From positions 315,122 through 379,121 of the forward strand of contig CAZBWB010000001.1 in the NCBI GenBank assembly GCA_964495875.1: a stretch of DNA of 64,000 nt, read 5' to 3'. Made by a program: the position numbers and the translations under genes. Positions 47,001 through 54,590 of the stretch are shown in pieces. The notes under the pieces were generated by a model. The model had not been told where the DNA came from and ran no database searches. It worked only from the letters and a program-made list of their open reading frames with translations. The first letter of the stretch is position 1. Each line of letters begins with the position of its first letter. This DNA comes from Candidatus Woesearchaeota archaeon. GTDB taxonomy: Archaea; Nanobdellota; Nanobdellia; Pacearchaeales; GW2011-AR1.

Positions 47001-50000
47001 GACGGTTTGTTTCGAAAATATTATTATATATCTCTCCAGTCATGACAGCACGCGCCTGTGTATATCCTGGAATAACTGGATCATGATTATTTCCATGTTG
47101 GTTGATGATAACTGATTCAGTTAATCCCGTAAACGTGTTATATCTAACAACATATCGAGCACCATTACTATTTTGGAATAATGTTGATGCTCCGCTGTAA
47201 GTATTATCTTCAAAAAAGAAGGTATGTGAAGTACCATATTCGGGAGTAAATGTGTCATATGTAGTTTGATCAAGTCCGAGCACTTGTAAATCATCCGTAT
47301 TATTAACAAACTGATTATGATCAGCCACGCCATAAATTGAACCAACAACATCAATCCCTTGAAAATTCCCTCGTGTTATATAACAATTATGTACTCTAAT
47401 TTGAGTAATTGGAGTAGTAGTAGGATTATATAACTTTATACACTTCGAAATATCCGCACCATCTAATCTAATATTGCTCAAGACAAATAGTTCATCATTG
47501 GCTGGCGTTGACGGATAATAATAAATCAATGCACTAGTTTTGCTGTTTATGCCGCTTGTGATGATCGTATTTGCTACACCACTACCGGTAAGATACATTC
47601 CCTTGTCAATAGTTAGTGTATTACTCCACGTACAATTTCCAGCAGGAACCATTACTGTCATCCCACTCGTTGCATTAGCTACAGTAATATTCACATTTTC
47701 ATATGAACAACTGCATGCCTGCAAATGCGTTGAATTAATCCTAGTAAAATTCCCTGTGCAAATACTCAAACTTCTAATCTCACTAATATTTGTATTAGTT
47801 CCATCTGAGCAATTAATCCACCATGTATAATCATCATTTCCCAGACTTGCATTTGCAGTAATTGTTGTTGAAGTAGCATTAAGAACAGATGAATTGTTTC
47901 CATAAGCCATATCACTTCCATTATTCAACCACAACAAACAATCGAGTATTGAAGCTGTTTCATCTGTTGCATTGAATATAAAATCAGGAGTGTCATCCGT
48001 AAAGTTCGTTGTATCGTTTGCAGGAGATTCTAGATAAATACTGGGTGCTGTTGTATCACTTGTTATAGTAACACTCCTCTTTTCAGTATAATTCATATTA
48101 GAAGCATTATCCACTACATATGCCTGGTATGTATAAGTGCTATTTGAGAGTCCTTGAGTTGAATTAAATGATTGATTAACATACAAACTCCATTTGTCTG
48201 TATCATATTTTCTGAGATTCATGAAATAGAGTTGCTGAACTTCAGTTTCACTTAAACTTCTGTTCCAAACCATTATTTCATCTAAGGCATCCTGTAAATC
48301 ATTGCCTGAATTTCCTTCTATTCCGATAAGCATTGGCTGATTTGGATTAGAAATCACTTGCCCGATTGTAGGTTCTGTGGTGTAATCTATTCCATCTACA
48401 TAAATAGTTGCTGTAGTCCCCTCAATTACACCTACAATAAAATGCCACTCTGTATCTAAATTATAAGTTGCGAGAGCATAATCAGAACCACCCCCATACA
48501 ATGCGATATTATCACTTCCTGGATCATGATTAAATCCGAATCCTGCTGCATCCTCCCAACTATTTGCTTTTGAAATTATATCTGTCCAACTACTATCTTC
48601 GGGGTTATTAATTTTCATCCAGACAGCCATAGTCAGATTAGTGATCAAATCAAGACTTGTATCATTTGAGCAATTAATATATGTTCCTGAACCTGTGAAA
48701 TTTAATGCTTTTCCATATCTTCCCTGCATAGAGTTAGGGCATGATGCTCCATAACAAACTCCATCATTTCCATAACTGCTGATATCAGCAAAATTAGTAT
48801 CATTCTCTCCAATAGCAGACACATTGTCAAAATTCATCATTAAAACCAGAGAATTATCAAAAACAGAATAATTGGTTCCATTCCAGTTGAATGTTATATT
48901 CCCGACATCAGTAGCATTTGTTATTGAAACATTGATTTCTACACTCGTCTCTGATTGAGAGCTTCCATTATTTGGTGTTGGTGGAACAAAACTAAGATTA
49001 TAAGCTGATGCGGGATCAACAATATAATCAACCTCTATTGAATCACCAATGATCTTCAAATCAAAAACATCCTGTGTTCCCATTAAATCAGCCAGATAAA
49101 CCTTGTACCATGCTTCATCATTTATATTATCAAAAGTTGCTATCAGTTCATCTTCATCCTTTTCATAAACTTCAATACTTGAACTTTGATCAGCTCTTGC
49201 ATAAAGGGTTATATCTCCCTCGCTAGTTAAATTCTTTTCAAAAACAATCCTAACATATTCTCCTTCTTTGATTGGTTCACTCCATATGTCATCTTTGGCT
49301 TTTACTTCATCATAAATATCTGAAATAAATACTCTATTCTCATCGAGATGCTCTGCTTTTGTTATTTCTATAACCAACTCATAACTCTGGCTACTCAAAC
49401 TAGGAATAATCCATTCAATAGAATCAATCAAAGAATTGTTGTTAATATCTATATAATCAACAATCTCAACTGATTCTTTGATACCTCCAGTAGTTCTATA
49501 CAGCTTAACAGCATTTTTGGGAGCTTCTTTTGGCAGCTCTGTGAATGCCAGAACATTTTCATAATGGATATCATCAGGACCAACAATAGTTATTAACTTC
49601 TTATCTTTCTGCTCTTCTTCAACTGAATAAGGTGCAGGAGTTTCATATTCAATTTCCACTTCTTCAACAGCTCCTTCAACATCAACAACAATGTTTTCTC
49701 TGCTTTCAATATTTTCTACAAGAAATAATCCAGTAAATCTTATTATATTCCTAAACCACCCCATAACAGAAGATGTTTTTGTATTTTCTCCCACAATATT
49801 TCCTGTAATATCAATTTTGATTCCTTGTTCTGTTATATTAGTCTCTTTCTCTCCAATCTCTTCAGTTTCATTAACATCAATCTCGGCTGTTTCATTAACT
49901 TCTTCTGTAACATTAATCTTGCTTTCCTTTGTATCATTAATCTCTTTTGTAAACTCATTTTCCTCTGTTACATTTCCAGGAACTGTTATATTAACTTCTT

Positions 50001-50604
50001 CTGTTATATTACTCTCTTTTTCGTTAGTACTTTCATTAATTTTTTCTATCACATCTTCAGGTTCTTCAATCTTTTCTGTAATTTCTGTTGTTTTTTCAGA
50101 CTTCTCTTCTTTTGCAACATTAATCCCTTCTTTTTCATCTCCGGTAATTTTCACAACAGAAATATTTGTTGCAATAGAAGGTAGTTCAACAGAAATATTT
50201 GCAGGTTCTGATAATTTTATATTTTTCTTCCATTGAACAGGTTTTCCAAGCACTGCTCCATACTGAATTGTATCTATTTTAATTTCAGGAGTTTCATCAA
50301 TTTCCGCCTGTTTTTCAACAAAAGCCTTTTCTGCTGTTACATTTGTAGTATTGATATCACCCATATTTAATATCGTTTGTCCTGTAAAGTTTAAATTAAG
50401 AAAAAAGACTAAAGATAAAGCTAAAATAGCAATTAATATGGGTAAGGTAAAAGATATTTTGAAAAATTTTTTCCATTTATTTTGATTACTTTCTGCTTTT
50501 CCGAGATATTCTGTAATTACCTTTCCATTCTCTTTTCTGTTATGATAACGATATGGGCCATAAAGCTTATCCCCCCTTTTTACATACTTCTCGTATACCA
50601 TCAC
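41095..50604 (-). CDS. Giant (3169-aa) membrane-anchored surface protein/adhesin
   Basis: One uninterrupted ORF with, in order:
- a basic N-terminus (YVKRGDKLYGPYRYHNRKENGKVITEYLGK) and a TM helix;
- an E/T/N-rich low-complexity stalk;
- a LamG/ConA-like lectin segment (ALNFTGSGTYINCS ... LDEIMVWNRSLSETEVQQLY, about 48220-48780);
- two right-handed beta-helix regions;
- many Ig-like repeats rich in N-x-S/T;
- a poly-Gly hinge (about 41786-41809);
- a PGF-pre-PGF-like module, a C-terminal TM and a basic tail. Confidence 0.8.
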   Translation of the reverse strand: MMVYEKYVKRGDKLYGPYRYHNRKENGKVITEYLGKAESNQNKWKKFFKISFTLPILIAILALSLVFFLNLNFTGQTILNMGDINTTNVTAEKAFVEKQAEIDETPEIKIDTIQYGAVLGKPVQWKKNIKLSEPANISVELPSIATNISVVKITGDEKEGINVAKEEKSEKTTEITEKIEEPEDVIEKINESTNEKESNITEEVNITVPGNVTEENEFTKEINDTKESKINVTEEVNETAEIDVNETEEIGEKETNITEQGIKIDITGNIVGENTKTSSVMGWFRNIIRFTGLFLVENIESRENIVVDVEGAVEEVEIEYETPAPYSVEEEQKDKKLITIVGPDDIHYENVLAFTELPKEAPKNAVKLYRTTGGIKESVEIVDYIDINNNSLIDSIEWIIPSLSSQSYELVIEITKAEHLDENRVFISDIYDEVKAKDDIWSEPIKEGEYVRIVFEKNLTSEGDITLYARADQSSSIEVYEKDEDELIATFDNINDEAWYKVYLADLMGTQDVFDLKIIGDSIEVDYIVDPASAYNLSFVPPTPNNGSSQSETSVEINVSITNATDVGNITFNWNGTNYSVFDNSLVLMMNFDNVSAIGENDTNFADISSYGNDGVCYGASCPNSMQGRYGKALNFTGSGTYINCSNDTSLDLITNLTMAVWMKINNPEDSSWTDIISKANSWEDAAGFGFNHDPGSDNIALYGGGSDYALATYNLDTEWHFIVGVIEGTTATIYVDGIDYTTEPTIGQVISNPNQPMLIGIEGNSGNDLQDALDEIMVWNRSLSETEVQQLYFMNLRKYDTDKWSLYVNQSFNSTQGLSNSTYTYQAYVVDNASNMNYTEKRSVTITSDTTAPSIYLESPANDTTNFTDDTPDFIFNATDETASILDCLLWLNNGSDMAYGNNSSVLNATSTTITANASLGNDDYTWWINCSDGTNTNISEIRSLSICTGNFTRINSTHLQACSCSYENVNITVANATSGMTVMVPAGNCTWSNTLTIDKGMYLTGSGVANTIITSGINSKTSALIYYYPSTPANDELFVLSNIRLDGADISKCIKLYNPTTTPITQIRVHNCYITRGNFQGIDVVGSIYGVADHNQFVNNTDDLQVLGLDQTTYDTFTPEYGTSHTFFFEDNTYSGASTLFQNSNGARYVVRYNTFTGLTESVIINQHGNNHDPVIPGYTQARAVMTGEIYNNIFETNRPSSHVWINMRGGRLLMYNNTLTGGSPASYVLLSEYDVYDDYLIPAICTHGGEEYICLQDHTSTANSEPGTGANWTDYWEITEIVPDVYITWETGIDFQYSTSYDPIEDTYFYNNTVNGDPVTFQLNNESCASYIVEDTNYFLTNPIGQTITGKLYQPYYYPHPLISGIPGVDLDSPSNLNSTNSTTVAFNCSAIDSSGLVNISLYGNWSGAWGVEGTNNVTGTTNETNFSVGGLSVGNYEWSCYVCDDENNCRFGTANYTLNITGAGDTTAPSVYLESPANNTLNTTDNTPDFVFNVTDETASILDCLLWLNNGSDMAYGNNSSVLNATSTTITANASLGNDDYTWWINCSDGTNTNISEVRNISLLTFSAGDYFSWDDRIDRYGKPAGIFNATPFPINENTTSYSIKNDEYPNGKTYYLGTKYYVDGKDGVDTGDCQTFGSPCATIGYALTQAVSGDKVIIIRGAHGGWDGIYNEYSFSLPSGTNDTSRFILVGYNQERPIINASEGGSICFSATQKEYVTLQRLRVQNAGGRGFYSGMGQYLNLIDMDFYNCSADGDEDGNIHIKGYNGTPAQSAWLFHCNSKHTYNKGIKIADDSDNAIVEWCDVDECGYWNGISSNFSWGGNNYCLDFAADDASQNNDNLTVRYNIVGYAHRGNELRYSPNFSIHHNEFHHSIQQDYFSDDAGWDHNALLQIRGSSSYGKIYSNLIRDNPDTRRPYLLTVNGMNSTSNYIEIYNNLIYNSSIPIFFYSSEDNLNIKFYHNSIYADNSNYILGTSLAMTSNELVDMKNNIFYQAGNGSCLNVDANYATHIYNQYYFPSGSRGVTLGTGEFDGNPLWQAIPSGEYSSTETTLTVNSPAIDNGTDLSNIFNTSFNGVVRPIDGDSNGSAEWDIGAYEYNPVSQYTVVTLNSPANGNSTSSTSITFNCSAIDNSGLVNISLYGNWSDGWHLNETSNVTGTSNESTFIKNLSTGTYIWNCLAYDNDSNSDWGDSNYTLSITDAIAPNVTINTPGNTTYTNATITFNVTAVDETGMSTCLYSLDSGNTNHTMTNASTSPTYWNATGTASQGSNTAVFYCNDTSDNINNSETVTFFVDSSIPSMTIAYPANQTYNVNITKLNYTYVETNPGHCWWSLDGGTTNSTAVAMGTNFTNINSAEGSNNLTLYCNDTLDNPGITSVTYFQDNFNPDINIIYPINNTNSSNVNLDINFSRSDTNLASCWYTNDTNSKNTTLSSGANVTSVVWSEGEHNATVWCNDTAGNENSSIVFFMIDTINPEITFDYPSNISYNAEVTAINYTYIESNPGYCQWSNDSGATKSSPVAMGTNWTGLSSIEGNNTWTVYCNDTLGNSNSTNMTFNIDTTNPDINITYPINNTNSSNLNLNVNYSVSDTNLAYCWYHNDTKEVNVSLADCGTNITTVTWSEGEHNVTVWANDTVGNENSSIVFFMIDSVNPDINITYPTNASNHSNTGLNVNYSVSDTNLAYCWYHNDTKEVNVSLANCGTNITGVTWSEGSHNVTVWANDTLGNENSSTIFFTIDSTAPTINLTYPGNNSASSTSTVTFIYNVTDASSIDNCSLIINNIINQTNVSVTRNVNQTFVQTFANGNYNWSVNCTDSNNNIGTSLVYNLSILDSTSPVVSLVSPSGGSRWTSSSTVTFSYNVTDENSISNCSLILNSNISYTESSVTRDTTQTLTRSLSNAPYNWSVNCTDFSGNMGNSSTRNLTVAYTSPVSGGGGGGGGRETKISAAENNTHLFPLITPGDIEIMKNFDTEIGIKQIQIEVKNKTQNARITVISHASKLTEVQKEIEAKVYKYFQIETENLEKNLEKSVIIIWVEKNWLSENKIERDNIEILRFNESSQEWEVLETNYISEDDGYYYYDLELDSFSYFVIAGKIIEEPEKVKEKIFEKTGKILNSFVEIIKSYWLWILIGIGSAVLVITGIVVLLKRRKGEKVGTGRGEKFYKWKRKK
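45928..46089. repeat. Intragenic 162-bp perfect repeat, copy A (continues at lower identity to about 46200)
   Basis: Identical to 47785-47946 (offset 1857 bp). Encodes DETASILDCLLWLNNGSDMAYGNNSSVLNATSTTITANASLGNDDYTWWINCSDGTNTNISE in both copies. Confidence 0.85.
47785..47946. repeat. Intragenic 162-bp perfect repeat, copy B
   Basis: See copy A. The first mismatch is at 46090/47947. Confidence 0.85.
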
Positions 50605-50617
50605 ACCCTCTTATTTT

Positions 50618-50722
50618 TTATAAAAAGGGTAGTACAACTATTTAAGGTTATTGTTTTTATACTTTTTATCTTCTCTATCTTTTAAATTTATAAAAAAAGG
50701 TAGTACAACTATTTAAGGTTAT
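50618..50722. promoter_or_regulatory. Duplicated TATA-like plus 24-bp element upstream of the giant gene
   Basis: GGTAGTACAACTATTTAAGGTTAT occurs twice (50628-50651 and 50699-50722, 71 bp apart). Each copy is preceded by TTATAAAAA(G/AA). Copy 1 lies 24-47 nt upstream of the ATG at 50604 on the coding strand. Confidence 0.35.
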
Positions 50723-50819
50723 ATTTTTTACCCTCGCTATTTTTTAAATTTTTCAATTTTTTTCCAAAATACTCTTTTAGTCTTGCAATATAGTCTTGAT
50801 AACCTAAAAACAACGTTTA

Positions 50820-51629
50820 TCATAATAATTCTCCTAAAATTTTAGCTCCTAACTGAACAGTCATATTATCTCTGTCTTTGTCAGGATTAATTTCAACAAT
50901 ATCTATTGCTTTTAATTTTTTAATCTTGTTTATTCTCTGGATGAGATAAATAAATTGTCTACTCATCAGCCCTCCTGGTTCTCTGTGACCTGTTCCAGGA
51001 GCAAAAGCTGGGTCAATGACATCTATGTCAATTGAAACATAAAGCTCTTTTCCTGATGCAAACTCCATAAGAGTATCACAAGCATCTTCTATATTAGATA
51101 AAAAATGATTAATGTTAAGAGTTCTGATATTATGTTTTTTTAAAAATTCAATCTCATCTTTCCATACATTTCTCAATCCTACAATTAACACATTTCTGGC
51201 AGGAAAGCCTTCTTCAATTAACTTGCTCAGCCATTCTTCATGTGTAGGCTCTTTCATGGGTTGCATACAATCTGGATGAGAATCAAAAACAATCAAGCAA
51301 GGTTCTTTATCTGAATTTTTGCAGTAGTCTAAAAATGCCTTTGTAGTTGAATAACTAATCGAATGGTCTCCTCCCAGAAAAATTGTTTTTGGTTTTGTCT
51401 CAAAAATCTTCAAAGAATTTTTATAAATTAAATTATTAGACTCTTCAATATTGTTGTTATCTAAATGAATCTCTTCTAAATCCAAAAGTCTTATGTCAAT
51501 CGGGATTCCCTGCTCATTTGCATGAATGTTTTTAATCTCATTTAAAACAGCATTAGCTGCTTTCTCGCATCCTTTTGTTTTTCCTAACCCGTTTATTCCA
51601 GGAATCTTTACGATAAACATAAAAATCAT
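50820..51629 (-). CDS. speB: Agmatinase/arginase-family ureohydrolase
   Basis: Mn-binding motifs LGGDHSISY, VFDSHPD and SIDIDVIDPAFAPGTG, plus EINPDKD. Confidence 0.8.
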   Translation of the reverse strand: MIFMFIVKIPGINGLGKTKGCEKAANAVLNEIKNIHANEQGIPIDIRLLDLEEIHLDNNNIEESNNLIYKNSLKIFETKPKTIFLGGDHSISYSTTKAFLDYCKNSDKEPCLIVFDSHPDCMQPMKEPTHEEWLSKLIEEGFPARNVLIVGLRNVWKDEIEFLKKHNIRTLNINHFLSNIEDACDTLMEFASGKELYVSIDIDVIDPAFAPGTGHREPGGLMSRQFIYLIQRINKIKKLKAIDIVEINPDKDRDNMTVQLGAKILGELL

Positions 51630-51676
51630 TAAAAAAAGAAGTTTTTAAGATTATTTATACACCCGAAGCCAAATAA

Positions 51677-52024
51677 TTAAACAATAGAATAAAATTCTTT
51701 CTTTACTTTTTTAAAAATTTCTTGATTCAATTTAGCGATTTTCTTTATAACAATTGATTTTTCTATAGTAAATAATTTGTCTATTTTAATTAAACTTTTA
51801 ATTGGAATTTGTCCAAAAAGGAGATTATGGTTTTCTATTGCTACAGAATGTTCTTTATCTCTTAAATTAGAAGTAATGCCGCAAATAATTAAATCTTTTG
51901 AATTTTTATTATCTTTGTTATTTGATAAAATTAAAACAGGTCTCCTTTTTATATTGCTTAAATCAGAAAAGGGAAAAGGAACTATTAAAATTTCACCTTG
52001 TTCATACTGTATCCCAAATTTCAT
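51677..52024 (-). CDS. PemK/MazF-family toxin
   Basis: GEILIVPFPFSDLSNIKRRPVLILS is a MazF/PemK N-terminal signature. 115 aa. It overlaps the upstream antitoxin gene. Confidence 0.7.
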   Translation of the reverse strand: MKFGIQYEQGEILIVPFPFSDLSNIKRRPVLILSNNKDNKNSKDLIICGITSNLRDKEHSVAIENHNLLFGQIPIKSLIKIDKLFTIEKSIVIKKIAKLNQEIFKKVKKEFYSIV

Positions 52025-52235
52025 CTTCCTTATTGTCCCATAATTTTCTTGCTACATCCTCGGAATATTTTAATAAATCGCTAAAATCATCTTTTTTTAT
52101 TTTTCTCAAGATGATTGATTCATTTGTGTGTGTCAAGATTAAATTATCTCCTTTCAAAATATTTAAAGAATTCCTGATTACAACAGGCAGAGAAATTTGC
52201 CCTTTGTTAGTAACTTTAATTATTTTGGCTTCCAT
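52002..52235 (-). CDS. AbrB/SpoVT/MazE-type antitoxin
   Basis: IIKVTNKGQISLPVVIRNSLNILKGDNLIL is a swapped-hairpin (SpoVT-AbrB) motif. 77 aa, with a 23-nt overlap with the toxin gene. Confidence 0.65.
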   Translation of the reverse strand: MEAKIIKVTNKGQISLPVVIRNSLNILKGDNLILTHTNESIILRKIKKDDFSDLLKYSEDVARKLWDNKEDEIWDTV

Positions 52236-52305
52236 AAAAAAGTAAGAATTTCCTTACTTATAAATTTTTCTTTTTATCGGGCATGACTCAAATTTAAAGG
52301 AGAGT

Positions 52306-53511
52306 TCATTCAGGAACCAAAGCAAAAAAACTGTAATTTTTTATCTTTGCCAAATTCTTGACATCTTTAAGATTAACATCACTGATGTTTTTCACAAAAT
52401 TATAGAACTCTCCTGCATTTCCGTCTATTTCATACAAGAGCAAATTAACCAGTTGTATCTGAGAATCTTCCATGTAAATATGATAATTGCCTATCAACTG
52501 CTCTTTGACCTGCTCTAATTCCTCTCCTCTCAATCCCTCTGCAACTTTTTTAAATTCATCTAAGATAATTTTTTTAATCTTTTCAACATTTTCTCTGGTT
52601 GTCCCGACATATATCACATTATGGGCAAAATATTTATTGATATTAGATTCTCCTTTAACAGCATAAGCCAAATTCCTCTTTTCCCTTATTTCTGCAAAAA
52701 GTCTTGAAGACATTCCACCAGCCAGTAAAGTTCCTAAAACCATTGCAACATAACTTTTTTTATCTCCTGCAAGAGGAACATGATAAGCAAAAATCAAATT
52801 TGCCTGGTCAATTCCTTTTCTTTTTTCAAGTCTTGATTCATTTTTAATCGAAATCTTTGGTTTTCTGATTTTCCCACGAACATCCCCAAAATTTCTTTCA
52901 GCAAATCTGATAATCTCTTTAAAGTCTGCATCACCAACAACTCCCAAAATCAAATTATTTGGCTGATATGCTTCTCTGAATTTCTTAATGATTTTTTTTC
53001 TGTCAATAGAATGCATCGTGTCATAGGTTCCAATCAGATTCATTCCCAAAGAACCTTTATACAAATAGCTCTGAATTTTATCAAGAACATATATCCTGGG
53101 ATTGTCTTTCCTCATCTTAATCTCCTCAAAAATAACTTTTCTTTCTTTTTCCAGTTCTTTTTCATCAAAAACAGGATTCTTAACCATATCAGATAAAACA
53201 TCAAGAGCAAGATTCAGATGCTTGCTTGGCATTTTACACCAATAAGCAGTTAGTGTCTCATCTGTAAAGCCATTTAATTCTCCCCCGTTTCCTTCTATCT
53301 CATCTGCAATTTTTTTTGCATTTCTTGTAGGAGTTCCTTTGTAAAGCATATGCTCAATAAAATGTGAAATCCCTTTTTCATTTTCAGATTCATTAATTCC
53401 TCCATGCCTTACAGCAAAAGCCACACAAACAACAGGAATGTCTCTTTTTTCAAATAAGATTGTCATTCCATTTTTCAGAACTTTTCTATGAAATGTCATT
53501 TTTTCAGCCAT
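52306..53511 (-). CDS. M16-family (pitrilysin-like) zinc peptidase
   Basis: Inverted zinc motif HFIEHMLYKGT (HxxEH) and a downstream Glu (EL). 401 aa in a two-lobed arrangement. Confidence 0.8.
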   Translation of the reverse strand: MAEKMTFHRKVLKNGMTILFEKRDIPVVCVAFAVRHGGINESENEKGISHFIEHMLYKGTPTRNAKKIADEIEGNGGELNGFTDETLTAYWCKMPSKHLNLALDVLSDMVKNPVFDEKELEKERKVIFEEIKMRKDNPRIYVLDKIQSYLYKGSLGMNLIGTYDTMHSIDRKKIIKKFREAYQPNNLILGVVGDADFKEIIRFAERNFGDVRGKIRKPKISIKNESRLEKRKGIDQANLIFAYHVPLAGDKKSYVAMVLGTLLAGGMSSRLFAEIREKRNLAYAVKGESNINKYFAHNVIYVGTTRENVEKIKKIILDEFKKVAEGLRGEELEQVKEQLIGNYHIYMEDSQIQLVNLLLYEIDGNAGEFYNFVKNISDVNLKDVKNLAKIKNYSFFALVPE

Positions 53512-53589
53512 TTTCTATAAAATTCAAAAGAGTATATAAAGATAACCTGTTCAAACTACAGTTATTAATCTTCTTTTAAATTGTCTGTT

Positions 53590-53751
53590 TTAAAGAAGCC
53601 AAAAATATATTCCAGCACCCACAAGAATAACTGCTAAAACTATTATCAACCACAACCACCATTTTGTTTTCTTCTTAGGCGGGGATTGTACAGTTGACTG
53701 CTGTTCTTGAGTAGAACTCTGTGCTGTTTCTTCTTTCATCTCTTGTGCCAT
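53590..53751 (-). CDS. Unlisted 53-aa tail-anchored micro-ORF
   Basis: My translation is MAQEMKEETAQSSTQEQQSTVQSPPKKKTKWWLWLIIVLAVILVGAGIYFWLL. It is in frame for 162 nt and fills an otherwise empty 270-nt gap. Confidence 0.3.
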   Translation of the reverse strand: MAQEMKEETAQSSTQEQQSTVQSPPKKKTKWWLWLIIVLAVILVGAGIYFWLL

Positions 53752-53780
53752 TTTTATATAAAATAATAAATATCTTTTTC

Positions 53781-54557
53781 TTATAAATCTTGCTTTTCCT
53801 CAAAAACAATATAATTCTCTCCGCCAAATTCAAAATCATCTGTTATTTTAAAATTTTCATTAATAAAATTAATTAGCCAGCTTCTCTTTGCCCTGAATCT
53901 TGTTTTCTTTCCCATGCTCCTGGTTGCAAAACTCACAACAATTCTGTCAACTAAAGGAACAAGTTCAGAAATCAGTTTTGTGGAATAATCTTTTTTCAGC
54001 ATTTCCAGAGAATCTATCGTCTTAAATAAAAAAATAACCCTTGGTTTCTTTTGTTTTCTTATTAATTCCTTAACTTTTTTAATATCAAACAAGCTAAAAT
54101 GAAATGCTTTTCCAAGAATTTTCTTCTTCTTAAAATAATCATTCATTAAATCAACTAACTGTCCTATTGCCTCTACTGCAATATATTTCCCTGCTCTTCC
54201 TTCAAAAAATTCATAACTAAATCCATTGACTCCTGCACCCAAATCAATAATATTTATCTTTTTACCCAAACCTTTCAAAATCCTTGCATAAATATTCCTG
54301 TAATAAGGCAGTCTCTCTCTTGTCGAAAGATGCTTTCTTAAAATCCATTCCTCATTTTTGTTTTTCAGAGACAAAAGCTTCTGGCTTATAAAACTCGAAA
54401 AAACCTTTCTCAATAAATCACGGGTTAATTTAACTTTCTCTTCATCGAGATATTTATCAGCATGAAAATTTTCAAATGCAGCCTCAACATCTTTTTTCAA
54501 AAGTTGTGAATACTCTTTTTTTGCAGTTATTTTTTTTATTAATTCTTGTTTATTCAT
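53781..54557 (-). CDS. FmrO/ArmA/Rmt-like 16S rRNA (guanine-N7) methyltransferase homologue
   Basis: 258 aa. From memory it is collinear with ArmA/RmtB-type enzymes:
- N-terminal KKITAKKEYSQL
- HLSTRERLPYYRNIY (HxSTxERL motif)
- SAM motif IIDLGAGVNGFSY
- VIFLFKTIDSLE
- IVVSFATRSMGKK. Confidence 0.55.
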   Translation of the reverse strand: MNKQELIKKITAKKEYSQLLKKDVEAAFENFHADKYLDEEKVKLTRDLLRKVFSSFISQKLLSLKNKNEEWILRKHLSTRERLPYYRNIYARILKGLGKKINIIDLGAGVNGFSYEFFEGRAGKYIAVEAIGQLVDLMNDYFKKKKILGKAFHFSLFDIKKVKELIRKQKKPRVIFLFKTIDSLEMLKKDYSTKLISELVPLVDRIVVSFATRSMGKKTRFRAKRSWLINFINENFKITDDFEFGGENYIVFEEKQDL

Positions 54558-54590
54558 AATATTTTTAATCTATTCATGTTTAAAAGTTAT

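Noticed and set aside
41095-50604. The giant ORF as a pseudogene or an assembly chimera caused by repeats.
   Set aside because: The frame is open for all 9510 nt with coherent domain order and proper N- and C-terminal topogenic signals. The repeats are in frame. Mis-assembly cannot be excluded without reads, but nothing in the sequence demands it.
50618-50722. Possible CRISPR array or leader, suggested by the exact 24-bp direct repeats.
   Set aside because: There are only two copies with a 47-bp spacer. No further repeats and no cas genes are present in the window. The position directly upstream of a gene start fits a promoter duplication better.
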